DNA of 64,000 bases from an uncultured delta proteobacterium (GTDB lineage: Bacteria; Desulfobacterota; Binatia; UBA9968): assembly GCA_963745035.1 (NCBI GenBank), contig CAVUVW010000011.1, forward strand, positions 192,001 to 256,000, given 5' to 3'. Under the pieces are notes generated by a model. The model had not been told where the DNA came from. It saw nothing but the letters and a program-made list of their open reading frames with translations, and did no database searches. Below, in pieces: positions 10,454-24,497 of the stretch. Within the stretch, counting starts at the first letter, position 1; each line of letters starts with the position of its first letter. The translations under genes were made by a program, and so were the position numbers.

Positions 10454-13400
10454 ATGGCTGCAAGTACAAAAAAGGGACACAAAAACACTATGGCAAAGCC
10501 GCGCCCGCCGGCTGTGAAAAAAGCCCGGGCCAAATCGCCGCAGATTATTGAGTCGCTAAAGCGCGAGCTTGCCGAGGCGCGGGAGCAGCAGGCGGCCACG
10601 AGCGAGATCCTGCGCGTGATCGCCAGCTCGCCGACGGATCTTCAGCCGGTGCTGGATACGGTGGCTGAAAATGCCGCGCGGCTCTGCGCAGCCGATGATG
10701 CGCAGATCCACAGGTCGATGGGGATGTTTTGCGCCTCGCGGCATCCTACGGATCACGCCAAACCGCGGAAGACTCGGCCCATCACACGAGAAATCGTGGC
10801 TGGCCGCGCGGTGATCGACCGGGAGACGGTCCATATTCACGACATTCGTGCAGCGGAAGATCAAGGGTTCAGACGTGGCGCTGCCTTTGGCATCGGTGAA
10901 AGTCGTACTCTCCTTGCGGTGCCGCTGCTTCGTGAGGGTATTGCTCTCGGCACTATTCTCATTCGCCGGTTCCAAGTGCGCCCGTTCTTGGACAGCCAGA
11001 TTGCGCTTCTCAAAACGTTTGCCGACCAGGCGGTGATCGCCATCGAGAACGCGCGGCTGTTCCAGGAGCGTGAATCGCGCAACCGTGATCTTGCCGCCCT
11101 GCACGATGTGACCGCTGCCGCCAGCCGGTCATTTAGAGATCACAGCCTGTACTGGATGAGGTCGTCAAGAAAATTACCGAGATTTTCAATTTCGATTCCG
11201 TGCGATGTGTTTCCTTTACGATCGCAAGACCGAAACCTTAAATCTGCGAGCGTTGTTTGGCATACCGCAAGTGCAAACCAGTCCAAGCGCATTTCGCCGC
11301 GGCCGAGGACTAACCGGCCGGGTTGCTGAAACCGGTGAGTACATGATCTTCGAGGACGTAAGGGCCGATCTGCGTTATCAGGAGCTGTCCCAGTCAAATT
11401 CTATGCGCCAACTCGGTGCCTGCTTCTTCGCGCTCTTTCCGATCAAAGCCAAAGAACGGTTTCTGGGAACCATCAATTGCATCGGCAAGGCGCCAAGAAA
11501 ATTGACGCTCGAAGAAATCCGCCTGATCCAGTCCATGTGCGATCAAATTGGTGTTGCGGTCGATAACATCAATCTCTTTGAGGAAGTAAAAACCAAGACG
11601 ACTGAGTTGGAGTGCTCCAACGCCGAACTCAGGGAAGCACTGGAGCACCAGACCGCAACTTCCGAAGTGCTCGGCATCATCAGCCGCTCGCCGACTGACG
11701 TGCAGCCTGTCCTCGATGCCATCGTCGAAAGCGCGGCACGGGTTTGTGGGATTGACGATGTGGTACTACGGCTCCACGAGAGCGACGCTATGGTTTTACG
11801 GGCTCATTTTGGTCCCATACCCATACCGAGTAGCCGCGTCGAGATGAGTATCGATGAGCCACGGTTTCGCTGGATGCGCGAGCATGGGACCCTGCATATT
11901 CCCGACCGCCGGGAGCAGAACTATTATCCCGACATCGGGTTCCGTTAGCTGACTGGCGCACCTGGTTAGGTGTTCCTCTTCGCCAGCAAGGGCAACTCGT
12001 TGGGGGACTGGTCGCGCGTCGCATCGAGGTACGCCCCTTCACACCGGCGCAGATCAAGCTGCTTGAAACTTTCGCTGATCAGGCAGCAATCGCCATCGAG
12101 AACGTGCGGTTGTTCCAAGAACTAAAAGAATCGTTGGAACAGCAAACTGCGACGAGTGAAATCTTAGGTGTCATCGCAAGCTCGCCGACGAATATCCAGC
12201 CGGTGCTGGACACCATTGCAGAAAATGCTGCTCAGCTTTGTGGCGCGGACGATGCTGTTATCCGGCGGGTCGAAGGTGGTGCCTTGCGCGTTGCTGCCCA
12301 TTTTGGCTCGATTCCGATGGCGCGGCAGTTGGGCCGTCTTGATCCCATTGAACGTGGCGGCTTCGCTGGGCGAGCGATACAAGAGGGTCGGACACTCCAT
12401 GTTCACGACCTCGCCGCCGCCGAGGACCAGTTTCCTGGCGCAAGGGAGAGAGGGATAGCTTTGGGGGTTCGCACAGCGTTGGCTGTGCCGCTGCTGCGGG
12501 AAGGCGAGCCGATCGGGCTAATCCATATCCGCCGGCTGAAAGTCCAACCCTTCACGGAGAGGCAGATCAAACTCGTTGAAACTTTTGCCGACCAGGCCGT
12601 AATCGCCATCGAGAACGTGCGTTTATTTCAGGAGCTCCAATTACGAAATCGCGAACTGACCGAGGCTCTCGAGCAGCGGACAGCAACAGGAGAGATCCTT
12701 TCCGTTATCAGTAGCTCGCCGACCGATGTGCAGCCGGTCTTCAGCACCATAGCCGAGAGCTCAATGCGACTGTGCGGGGCTCTCTTCAGTTCTGTTTACC
12801 AGTTCGATGGCGAGTTGATTCACATGGTTGCCGAACGCAACTATCCTTCCACGGCTCGTGAGCTCTCCGAGCGCCTTTTTCCATCAAAGCCAAATCGCGA
12901 GCTATTCACAGGCAGAGCCATCCTGGAGCGGGCGGTGATAAATGTCCCCGACGTCCAGAGCGATCTCGAATGGCACAGCGATGCTGACAGATCTCGTGTT
13001 TCTCACACCGCCGGTTTTCGCAGCGTTCTTTCGGTGCCGATGCTTCGCGGCGAGAGCGCAGTCGGTGCAATCACCGTCTGGCACGCGGAGGTGGGCCCGT
13101 TCACCGACAAGCATGTAACCCTTCTTAAAACCTTCGCCGACCAAGCCGTGATCGCCATCGAGAACGTGCGGTTGTTCCAAGAACTCAAGGAGGCGTTGGA
13201 ACAGCAGACAGCGACGAGTGAGATCTTGGGGGTCATCGCCAGTTCGCCGACTGATGTTCAGCCCGTGCTGGATGTCGTGGCGGAAAATGCTGCTAGGCTA
13301 TGTGAGGCAACGGATGCAGAGATTTTTCGCGTCGATGGAGACCTCCTCAGCCCCGTTGCGGTGTATGGACCAATGCCAGCTCCCCCAATACCGCTACCCC

Positions 13401-16400
13401 TGACTCGCAGAACACCTTCGGGGCGAGCGGTTATCGACCGGCAAACGATTCGCGTGGATGACCTTGCGGCAGAGCTTGCAACAGAGTTTTCGGATACCAG
13501 AGCCAGAGCCGAGGTTACGGGTACGCGTACCATCGTTGCCACGCCGCTATTACGTGAAGGCGTAGCTATCGGCTCGCTTGTCATTCGCCGGCCGGAGGTT
13601 AGACCTTTCACTGACAAACAAATTACGCTTCTTAAAACCTTCGCCGACCAGGCGGTGATCGCGATTGAGAATGTTCGCCTGTTCAAGGAAATCCAAGAGC
13701 GCAACGCAGAATTGCGCGAGGCGCTGGAGCATCAGACCGCAACGGCCGAGGTGCTCGGCATCATCAGCCGCTCGCCGACTGACGTGCAGCCGGTGCTCGA
13801 CGCCATCGTCGAGAGCGCCGCTCGGGTTTGCGGGATTGATGACGTGGTGCTGCGACTTCGGGACGGAGATAGGATGGTTATCCGTGCTCATTTTGGTCCA
13901 ATCCCCGTTGGGCTGGTCGAGATAAGCTTTGATCGGTCAGAGTTCCGCTGGATACGCGAGCACGGTACTCTCCACCTTCCCGACGTCCGCGCCTCGCAGA
14001 ACGATTTTCCTATGCTCGGTGCGGTCGGCGGATTTCGCACCTTCTTGATGGCTCCCCTCCATCAGCACGGAGAGACCACTGGATCGCTGACCGCACGTCG
14101 CACCGAGGTGTGCCCCTTCACGCCGGCGCAGATCAAGCTCCTCGAAACTTTCGCCGACCAGGCGGTCATCGCACTTGAGAATGTCCGGCTGTTCAAGGAA
14201 CTGACCGAGGCGTTGGAGCAGCAAACCGCGACGAGCGAGATCTTGGGCGTCATCGCCAGTTCGCCGACCGACATCCAGCCAGTGTTGGATGTGGTTGCAG
14301 AGAATGCCGCGCGGCTATGCGAGGCAAGGATGCCCAATTCCCTCGTTGAAGGCGATACTCTCCAGTCGCGTCGCCCACTTTGGGACTGATTGCCCGACGT
14401 CGGAATCAGATGTCCCATCAGCCACGAGGAACAGTCAGCGGCCGAGCGATTCTTGACCGAGCAGACAATTCATATTCACTGATCTTGCGGCAGAGATGGA
14501 GGACGAGTTTCCGGAAGGACGCAGATCCACGAAACAGCTCGGCATCGGACATCTCTTGTTACACCGATGCTCCGGGAAGGGAAGCCTATCGGAACAATCT
14601 CAATCCGCCGAATGGAGGTTCGTCCTTTCTCCGAGAAGCAGATCAGCTGCTCGAAACCTTCGCCGACCAGGCGGTGATCGCCATCGAGAACGTGCGGCTG
14701 TTCCAAGAGCTCAAGGAAGTCGTTGGAGCAGCAGACGGCGACGAGCGAAATCTTGGGCGTCATCGCCAGCTCGCCGACGGATATTCAGCCAGTGCTGGAT
14801 ACCGTCGCGGAAAATGCCGCCCGGCTGTGCGACGCAAGCGATGCTCAGATTACTCGTGTCGAGGGTGACATACTGCGACTAGTGGCTACCTATGGATCAC
14901 TGCCCAGCCCTCGGCGCTGACGAGCCTGCCATCAGTCGTGGCACGTCTAGCGGCCGAGCAATACTTGACCGACAGACCATCCATGTTCACGATCTCGCTG
15001 CAGAGCTCGAAACCGAGTTCCCCGACGGCAGGTCGCTCAGCAGCTCTGGGGATTCGGACCATGCTTGCCACGCCGCTGCTCCGCGAAGGGCGTTCCGATC
15101 GGTGTAATCACGATTCGGCGCACGGAAGTTCGTCCGTTCACCGACAAACAAATCAAACTGCTCGAAACCTTTGCCGACCAAGCCGTGATCGCGATCGAGA
15201 ACGTGCGGCTGTTCAAGGAAATCCAGGAGCGCAACGCAGAATTGCGCGAGGCCCTGGAGCATCAGACGGCGACCGCCGAGGTGCTCGGCATCATCAGCCG
15301 CTCGCCCACGGACGTGCAGCCGGTGCTCGACGCCATCGTCGAGAGCGCCGCGCGGGTTTGCGGGATTGATGACGTGGTGTTGCGACTCCGCGAGGGGAAC
15401 GCTATGGTTCCGCGGGCTCATTTTGGTCCCATACCCATTGGCCGCGTCGAGATCAGTATTGATGAGCCACAGTTTCGCTGGATGCGCGAGCACGGCACGC
15501 TCCACATTCCCGATGTTCGCGCGCAGAACGATTTTCCGACGGTCGGGTACCAGCGGCTGCGCGCACCTTCTTAGCCGCTCCCCTTCGTCAGCAGGGGGAA
15601 CTCATTGGAGACTGATCGCGCGTCGCACCGAAGTGCGCCCCTTCACCCCGGCGCAGATCAAGCTTCTTGAAACCTTCGCCGACCAGGCCGTGATCGCCAT
15701 CGAGAACGTCCGCTTGTTCAAAGAATTGGATGAGCGAACCAACGAATTGACACGCTCGGTAGGCGAGCTCAAAGCCCTCGGCGAAGTCAGCCAGGTAGTC
15801 AGCTCCACTCTCGACCTCGAAGCCGTGCTGACGAGAATCGTCTCCCATGCGGTCCAGTTGAGCGGCACCGACGGCGGAGCGATTTACGAATACGACGAGC
15901 CCTCCGAAGAGTTTCACCTGCGCGCCACCGATCACATGGAAGAGGAACTCATCACTGCGCTCCGCGCCAATCCGCCCCGGCTGGGAGACGGAGTCATTGG
16001 AAGAGCGGCGGTCAGCCGGGAACCGGTCGAGGTCCCCAATATCCTCGAAGAGCGCGCCTACGCCCCGCGCATGCGCCAGTTGCTCGAACGTTTTGGCTTT
16101 CGTGCCAGCCTGGCCGTTCCCTTGCTGCGCGAAGACCGCATCATCGGCGGCTTGGTGGTACGGCGAAAATCCACCGGCGAGTTTCGCCCCGAAGTGATCG
16201 AGCTTTTGAAAACCTTCGCCACCCAGTCCGTATTGGCGATCCAAAACGCCCGGCTGTTTCGCGAGATCGAGGACAAGAGCCGCCAGATCGAAGCCGCCAA
16301 CCGCCACAAGTCGGAGTTCCTCGCCAACATGTCCCATGAGCTTCGAACCCCGCTCAACGCCATCATCGGCTTCTCCGAAGTCTTAGGGGAGCGACTATTC

Positions 16401-16991
16401 GGCGAGCTGAACGAGAAACAAGCCGAGTACACCGACGACATTCTCACCTCCGGCCGCCATCTCTTGTCTCTTATCAACGAGATTCTCGATCTCTCCAAGG
16501 TCGAAGCCGGGCGCATGGAACTGGAGCTGGCCACCTTTGACCTACCCCTGGCCATAGACAATGCGCGCACCTTCGTGCGCGAGCGCGCCACCAAGCACGG
16601 CATCGCGCTCGATGTCGCGGTGGACGACCGGCTTGGGGATTTCCTCGGTGACGAGCGCAAGATCAAGCAGATACTGCTCAATCTGCTATCCAACGCGGTC
16701 AAGTTCACGCCCGAGGGGGGACGGATCGGAATAGACGCCAGGCAGACGGACGGCTCGGTGGAAATCTCAGTCAGTGACACCGGCGTTGGGATTGCCGCGG
16801 AGGACCAGCCGAAGGTGTTCGAGGAGTTTCGCCAGGTGGGGTCCGACTATGCGCACAAGGTGGAGGGGACCGGACTGGGATTAACCTTGGCCAAGAAGTT
16901 TGTCGAGCTGCATGGGGGAAAGATCTGGGTGGACAGTGAAGTGGGGAAAGGCAGTACTTTTACGTTCACGCTGCCGATTCATTCCGGGTGA
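10454..16991 (+). CDS. Giant multi-GAF sensor histidine kinase 1 (11 GAF + HisKA + HATPase_c; frameshifted in the assembly)
   Basis: Repeated (F)[17 protein letters not shown] termini; [10 protein letters not shown]-box, [16 protein letters not shown] and GTGLGL boxes. Confidence 0.9.
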
Positions 16992-17032
16992 AGGGTAAGG
17001 AGTAAGTCGCGCTGAAGAAGAATTAGGATATC

Positions 17033-17120
17033 TCACCGCCGAGGCGCGGAGGGCGCGGAGAAAAGAGGTTTCTCGTTAAAAAATATTTCGAACTCTGTGA
17101 ACTCCGTGTCTCTGTGGTGA
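17033..17120. repeat. Hairpin element with 9 bp periodic arms
   Basis: caccgccgaggcgcggagggcgcggag ... ctctgtgaactccgtgtctctgtggtg. Confidence 0.75.
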
Positions 17121-17160
17121 ATCATCTGCCACGGCAAACACGACAGAGTCTTTAGCTCTT

Positions 17161-20100
17161 ATGGCCAAGACAACCAAAAAAGCGGCGAAGAAAACCAATC
17201 CAAAGCCGCGCGCGGCGTCCTCGGCGGATTCGGTCTCGAAACTGAAGAAGACGATCGCCGCGCAGGGGCGGGAAATGCGCGAGGCCGCGGAGCAGCAGGC
17301 GGCGACTAGCGATATCTTGCGCATGATCGCCAGCTCGCCGTCCGATCTGCAGTCAGTCTTGGATACGATCGCCGAAAGCGCCGCTCGACTGTGCAGCGCG
17401 GATGACGCACTTGTGTGGCGAGTGAGTGGCAACGTTTTAGTGCTCGCTGCGCACTTCGGTCCGATACCCACGGTGGTGACTGAGGGTAGCGGGCATGTCA
17501 TCGATCGTGACACTCCTGCTGGGAGAGCGGTGGTCGACCGGCAAACTATCCATGTGCACGATCTCGTGAAAGCCGCCATTGATTTTCCCCGCGCTACGAC
17601 CCGCGGCATAGCCGTGGGAGTTCGGACTGCCCTTGCGGCACCCTTATTACATGAAGGAAACGTTATTGGCGTCATTCATATTCGCCGCACGGAGGTTCGG
17701 CCTTTTGCAGATCGTCACATCAAACTGCTCGAAACCTTCGCCGACCAGGCCGTTATCGCGATTGAGAATGCTCGGCTGATTGATGAGCAGCAGTCTCGCA
17801 ACCGTGAACTGACCGAAGCTCTGGAGCAGCAGACCGCGACAAGTGAAGTCCTGCGAGTCATCGCTTCCTCACCGACCGAGCTGCAACCGGTCCTCGACAC
17901 GCTGATCGCGAACGCCGTTCGGCTCTCCGGGGCAACCAGGGGGCATGTCCGGCAATACGGGGATGAGTTCTATCGTGTCGTGGCCCACTATGGCGAGACA
18001 CCGGAAATGATCGCCACACTCCGTGCCAACCCCCTGCCGGCCAGTCCGGAACTCCCTGCGGCTCGGGCGCTTCTCGGTGGCAAACCGGTCCATATACTCG
18101 ATGTTCAAGCGGAGACCGGAGTGCATCTCAATCTCGTGCGGCAAATGGGTACGCGAACATTGCTCGCCGTACCGCTGCTGCGCGAAGGAGCGAATATCGG
18201 TAGCCTCACGATCTGGCGCGATGTTTGTCGAACCGTTTACCGAACGGCAGATCGAGCTGGTCAAAACCTTTGCCGACCAGGCCGTGATCGCCATCGAGAA
18301 CGTGCGGCTGTTCCAAGAACTCAAGGAGTCGTTGGAACAGCAAACCGCGACGAGTGAGATCTTGGGCGTCATCGCCAGCTCGCCGACCGATCTACAGCCG
18401 GTGTTGGACACGATCACAGAGTGTGCCGCACGCGTGTGCGGCGCCGAAGATGCCGCCATGCGACTCGTTGATGGAAATGTGCTGCGCTTGGCCGCACACT
18501 ATGGACCGGTACCAGATGTCGCGCTGGAACGACCGATCGATCGCCACAATCCCGGTGGCCGGGCCGTAGTAGACCGAGAGATAATCCACGTCGAGAATAT
18601 GCACGATCAGGTAGCGAAAGAGTTCCCCGGGATTGTTGATACACATAGTCGCACCGCGGTTGGAACCGTGCTGGCCGTGCCCCTGATGCGAGAAGGTAAC
18701 GCTATCGGCGCGATCCACATTCGTCGCAAACAAGTCCAACCGTTTACCAATAAGGAGATTGCTCTTCTCAAAACCTTCGCTGATCAAGCCGTGATCGCGA
18801 TCGAGAACGTGCGCTTATTTAAGGAACTCGGCGAGCGCAACGCGGAATTGCGCGAAGCGCTGGAGCATCAAACCGCAACGGCCGAGGTGCTCGGCATCAT
18901 CAGCCGCTCGCCGACGGACGTGCAGCCGGTGCTCGACGCCATCGTCGAGAGCGCGGCGCGGGTTTGTGGGATCGATGACGTGGTGCTGCGACTCCGCGAG
19001 GGGAACAATATGGTTCCGCGGGCTCATTTTGGTCCCGTACCCATCGGCCGCGTCGAGATCAGTATTGATGAGCCACAGTATCGCTGGATGCGCGAGCATG
19101 GCACGCTCCACATTCCCGACGTCCGCGCGCAGAACGATTTCCCAATGTAGGTTCCGCAGCGGCTGCCCGCACCTTTTTGTTCGTTCCCCTTCGTCAGCAG
19201 GGGGAACTCATTGGAACACTCAACGCACGTCGCACCGAGGTGCGCCCCTTCACCCCGGCGCAGATCAAACTGCTCGAAACCTTCGCCGATCAGGCGGTGA
19301 TCGCCATCGAGAACGTGCGGCTGTTCCAAGAACTCAAGGAGTCATTGGAGCAGCAGACGGCGACGAGTGAAATCTTGGGTGTCATCGCCAGCTCGCCGAC
19401 GGATATCCAGCCGGTGTTGGAGTCAGTTGCCGAGAATGCGGCGCGACTGTGCGAGGCGACCGATGCGCATGATCTTCGCTGCGTCGAGGGTGACGAACTT
19501 CGTCTGTGGCGCTCATTCGGTTCAATCCCGATGCCGCCGAGCAGAGTTCGTACCCATCGATCGCAGTCGATATCCGCGGCCGCGCCATGATGGACCGGCA
19601 AACCATTCATATCGATGACCTGCAGCGGAGCGCTGAGACGAATTTCCTGACGTCCGAGGCTTCGCCAGCGAGCTGGATTCGGACTGTCTGTCGCACGCCG
19701 CTACTGCGCGAGGGCGATCGCAATCGGCGTTATCATGATTCGCCGCATGGAAGTGCGTCCCTTCACCGCAAGCAGATCAAACTTCTCGAAACCTTCGCCG
19801 ATCAGGCGGTGATCGCCATCGAAAACGTGCGGCTGTTCAAGGAATTGCAAGAGCTCAACGGAACTGCCGAGGCGTTGGAGCAGCAGACGGCGACGAGCGA
19901 AATCTTGCGGTGTCATCGCCAGCTCGCCGACAGATATCCAGCCGGTGTTGGACACCGTCGCCAAGAATGCCGCCCGGCTCTGCGAGGCGACGATGCCCAG
20001 ATTCGACTCGTTCGAGATCGACAGTGATTCGACTAGTGCGCATCCTATCGGCTACTCTCCAAGCGCCAGAATTTGTCCCCGATCGCCCGACTAAATCCCG

Positions 20101-23100
20101 GCGGCCGAGCGATTCTTAAGCGACAGACCTTCCATATTCATGACCTTCAGGAACGATCAAGGACGAATTCCCCGACAGGCACGCTTTAAGACGACGGGCT
20201 CCGGACGTTTCTTAGCGCGCCGATGATCAGAGAGGGAACGCCAATTGGCGTGATCAAATCCGACGCATGGAAGTGCGTCCTTTCTCGGACAACACAAATC
20301 ACACTGCTCGAAACATTCGCCGAGCAGGCCGTGATCGCCATCGAGAACGTGCGGTTGTTCAAGGAGATCCAGGAGCGCAACGCGGAATTGCGCGAAGCCC
20401 TGGAGCATCAGACGGCGACGGCCGAGGTGCTCGGCATCATCAGCCGCTCGCCGACCGACGTGCAGCCGGTCCTCGACGCCATCGTCGAGAGCGCGGCAAG
20501 GGTTTGTGGAATCGATGACGTGGTGCTGCGACTCAACGAAAATAATGTTCATGGTTCCGCGAGCTCATTTTGGTCCCATACCCATTGGCCAGGTCGAGAT
20601 CAGTATTGATGCCCCACAGATTCGCTGGATGCGCGAGCATGGCACGCTCCACATTCCCGACGTCCAAGCGCGGAACGATTTTCCGACGTTAGGGATCCCA
20701 GCGGCTGGCGTACTTTCTTGTCCGCTCCCCTTCGTCAGCAAGGCGAACTTATTGGACTATTGAACGCCCGTCGTATGGAGGTGCGTCCCTTCACCCCGGC
20801 GCAAATCAAGCTCCTCGAAACTTTCGCCGACCAGGCCGTCATCGCACATTGAGAATGTCCGGCTGTTCAAGGAACTGACCGAGGCGTTGGAGCAGCAAAC
20901 CGCGACGAGCGAAATCTTAGGTGTCATCGCCAGTTCGCCGACCGATATCCAGCCAGTGCTCGACGTTGTCGCTGAGAACGCTGCCCGGCTATGTGATGCA
21001 ACCGACGCGGTCATTCATCGCATTGATGGCGACGAGCTCCGACCAGTGGCGAATTACGGGCCATTGCCGGGACGGCCGGGTGAGGGTTCAGGTATTCCGC
21101 TAATGGATCGTCGATCTATACCCGGCCGAACCATAATTGACCGGCAGACACTTCACATTCATGATTTGGCAGCAGAACCAGAAGACGACCTCCCGCAGCG
21201 TTTCGCAGAAGTTCGGCGTTCGGACCGTGCTCGCTACGCCGTTGCTGCGCGAGGGAATTCCCATCGGGACGATTCATATCCGCCGCATGGAGGTCCGCCC
21301 GTTCACCGAGAAGCAAATCAAACTGCTTGAAACCTTTGCAGCACAAGCCGTCATCGCCATCGAGAACGTTCGGCTGTTCCAGGAACTCAAGGAATCGTTG
21401 GAACAGCAAACTGCAACCAGCGAGATCCTCGGCGTCATCGCCAGTTCGCCGACGGATATTCAGCCGGTGCTGGACGTTGTCGCTGAGAATGCTGCGCGAT
21501 TGTGCGACGCCGTGGACGCTCAGATGTGGCTCGTCGAAGCAGACAGAGTTCGATTTGCCGCCCAGTATGGATCGATCCCGAGTCCGAGGGTCCATGAGGG
21601 CAGGCCGATCGTTCGGGGTTTGGCGGGAGGGAGAGCTATCCTCGATCGAGAAGTCGTACATATTCCGGATACTTTCGATCCGGTCGTTGAAAGGGAATTT
21701 CCCGTAACCTGGGCACTGAGCCATGAGGTCCATATCAATACCTTGCTTGCCGCCCCGTTGCTCCGCGAAGGGATTGCCATAGGCTACATTATGATTCGTC
21801 GGCTCGAATCGCGGCCATTCTCGGAGAAGCAAATCGCGCTCCTCAAGACTTTCGCTGACCAGGCCGTGATTGCCATCGAGAACGTGCGACTGTTTAAGGA
21901 ACTGCAGGCGAGAACGCAGGAGTTGGCGCGCTCGGTCGGTGAACTGAAGGCTCTAGGTGAGGTCGGTCAAACGGTCAGCTCGACTCTCGACCTTGAAATT
22001 GTGCTGACGAGAATCGTTTCCCATGCGGTTCAGTTGAGCGGCACCGACGGTGGGGCGATTTACGAATACGACGAATCCTCGGAAGAGTTTCTGTTGCGCG
22101 CCACCCATCAGATGGACGAAGAACTCATCAACGCACTTCGCGCAAATCCGCCGCACTTGGGAGACGGGTTAGTGGGCCGGGCGGCGTCAAGCGTGAACCC
22201 ATACAAATCCCCAATATCCTCGAAGAGCGCACTTACGCGCCGCGCATGCGGCAGTTGCTCGAGCGGTTCGGCTTCCGTGCCAGCCTGGCCGTACCGTTGC
22301 TACGGGAAGACCGCATCATCGGCGGCTTGGTGGTACGGCGAAAAGCGACCGGCGAGTTTCGCCCCGAAGTCATCGAGCTTTTGAAAACCTTCGCCACCCA
22401 GTCCGTCTTAGCGATCCAAAACGCCCGGCTGTTCCGCGAGATCGAGGACAAGAGCCGGCAGATCGAGGCCGCCAACCGGCACAAGTCGGAATTCCTCGCC
22501 AACATGTCCCATGAGCTGCGCACGCCGTTAAACGCGATCATCGGCTTCTCCGAAGTCTTAGGGGAGCGACTGTTCGGCGAGCTGAACGAGAAACAAGCCG
22601 AGTACACCGAGGACATTCTCACCTCCGGGCGCCATCTCTTATCTCTTATCAACGAGATACTCGATCTCTCCAAGGTCGAGGCCGGCCGCATGGAACTGGA
22701 AGCTGGCCGCCTTCGACCTTCCCCTGGCCATCGACAATGCGCGCACCTTTGTGCGCGAGAGGGCCACCAAGCACGGCATCACGCTCGATGTAAGCGTTGA
22801 CGACCGTCTTGGCGACTACGTTGGTGACGAGCGCAAGATCAAGCAGATACTTCTCAATCTGCTATCCAACGCCGTCAAGTTCACGCCGGAGGGGGGACGG
22901 ATCGGCATTAACGCCCAGCAGGCCAACGGCGCGGTGGAAATCTCGGTCAGCGACACCGGCATCGGGATCGCGCCGGAGGACCAGCCAAAGATCTTCGAGG
23001 AATTTCGTCAGGTGGGGGCCGACTACGCGCACAAGAGCGAGGGGACGGGACTGGGGTTAACCTTGGCCAAGAAGTTTGTCGAGCTGCACGGGGGAAGGAT

Positions 23101-23167
23101 CTGGGTGGAGAGCGAAATCGGCAAGGGCAGCAAGTTCACATTCACGCTTCCGATCCCTTCCCAGTAA
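17161..23167 (+). CDS. Giant multi-GAF sensor histidine kinase 2 (10 GAF + HisKA + HATPase_c; frameshifted)
   Basis: Same module grammar as kinase 1; its last GAF and kinase core are nearly identical to kinase 1. Confidence 0.9.
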
Positions 23168-23208
23168 GGAGTCAGTGGTCAGGAGTAAGGGGCGAAGCAG
23201 AGAGAGGG

Positions 23209-23370
23209 AAAATTTCGAATAGCGAAATCCGAAATCCGAAACAAATTCAAATGATCCAAAAACTACAAATTCAAAACGAGCCAGACCGGATTCGAGGTTT
23301 TGGATTTTCCGATTTTGATTTATTTGGCTTTCGAGTTTGTTTCGGATTTCGATATTCGGATTTCGGATTT
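23209..23370. repeat. CGAAATC-heptamer hairpin element, empty copy A
   Basis: cgaaatccgaaatccgaaacaaa ... tttgtttcggatttcgatattcggatttcggattt. Confidence 0.9.
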
Positions 23371-23449
23371 AGTCGGGTGTGGTGAGTTGGCGGGAACATA
23401 CTCCGGAATCAGCAGAGTGTTTTCTCGGAAAATGGAGTGAGGTGGACAT

Positions 23450-24267
23450 ATGCCGATCATCACAATCTATCAGGGCGCGTCCGGCGAAGGTCAGGAATTG
23501 GCGGAATCTCTCGCTACGGCTCTTGGTTATCGATGTGTAGGGCGTGACGTGCTCGTTGAGGCGAGTCGGCGCTATGGCATACCCGAGGCAAAACTCAACG
23601 AGATCATCGACAAAGGCCCTCACTGGTGGGAGCGTCTGCTGCAAGATTTGCGACCCTACCGGCTTGTTCTTCAAGCTGCGCTCTGCGAACTGGCTCAGGA
23701 GGGAAAACTGGTGTACCACGGCCACTTGGGTCACGAGCTTTTGCCTGATATTGGGCACGCGCTGAGAGTACTCTTGACCGCGCCAGTCGAATTTCGCATC
23801 CAACAAATTCGCGCGCGGCAAAATCTGAGTGATGCCGCAGCGCGCCGTTATCTAGAAGAGGTGGACAAGGCGCGCAGCCGCCGGCTCATGGCGATGTTCG
23901 GCGCGGATTGGCGTGATCCGACTCGTTTGACCTTATACTCAATATGAGCACGATGAGCCGAGAGGGGGCGACGCGTGTGATTTTAGAGGCAGCGAAGCTC
24001 GAAGGATATCAGCCGACTCCCGCTTCCGATCAGGCTTTGAAGGATCTCGCGCTTGGTTCTCGGGTCTATGCCGCGTTATTCGGATCGCCCGATTTACGAG
24101 TATCATCCCTCGAGGTTCGTGCCGATAGTGGCCATATCCACGTCAAGGGTAGAGTCAATCAGGGCTCGGAACATCAGCTTGTAAATATAGTGAAAAATGT
24201 ACCCGGTGTGATCAGAGTCACATCCGATGTTTATTCCGCTCCGCCGGAAGGATTTTTAGAACCCTGA
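23450..24267 (+). CDS. Cytidylate-kinase-like protein with C-terminal BON domain (frameshift near 23930)
   Basis: IITIYQGASGEG, LRVLLTAP and DWRDP motifs; LEVRADSGHIHVKG...VPGVIRV BON domain. Confidence 0.8.
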
Positions 24268-24319
24268 GCGAATTCAGATCCGAAGCACTGGCGGGAGAAG
24301 ATCCAGATCGGAAAAGATT

Positions 24320-24450
24320 ACTCGCGCAAAGACGCAAAGGCGCCAAGATAACCCAATTGTCCTTTCGACCGAAGGGAGAAATCTTTCTTAGATCCCTCAC
24401 ACTCGCTCGGATAACGGGGCTCGGCCGTCACTTGCCGACTTGGCGAAGAA
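24320..24450. repeat. GCAAAG hairpin element with a nested TGTC/GACA-family element
   Basis: ctcgcgcaaagacgcaaaggcgccaag [tgtcctttcgaccgaagggagaaatct...agatccctcacactcgctcggataac] cttgccgacttggcga. Confidence 0.7.
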
Positions 24451-24497
24451 AAGTCGAGAATCCGAGAAGAGTATTCTGGCGCAAAGACGCGAATCAA

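Noticed and set aside
19148-19150. Pyrrolysine or readthrough TAG within kinase 2
   Set aside because: The frame also shifts at this point, consistent with an indel error.
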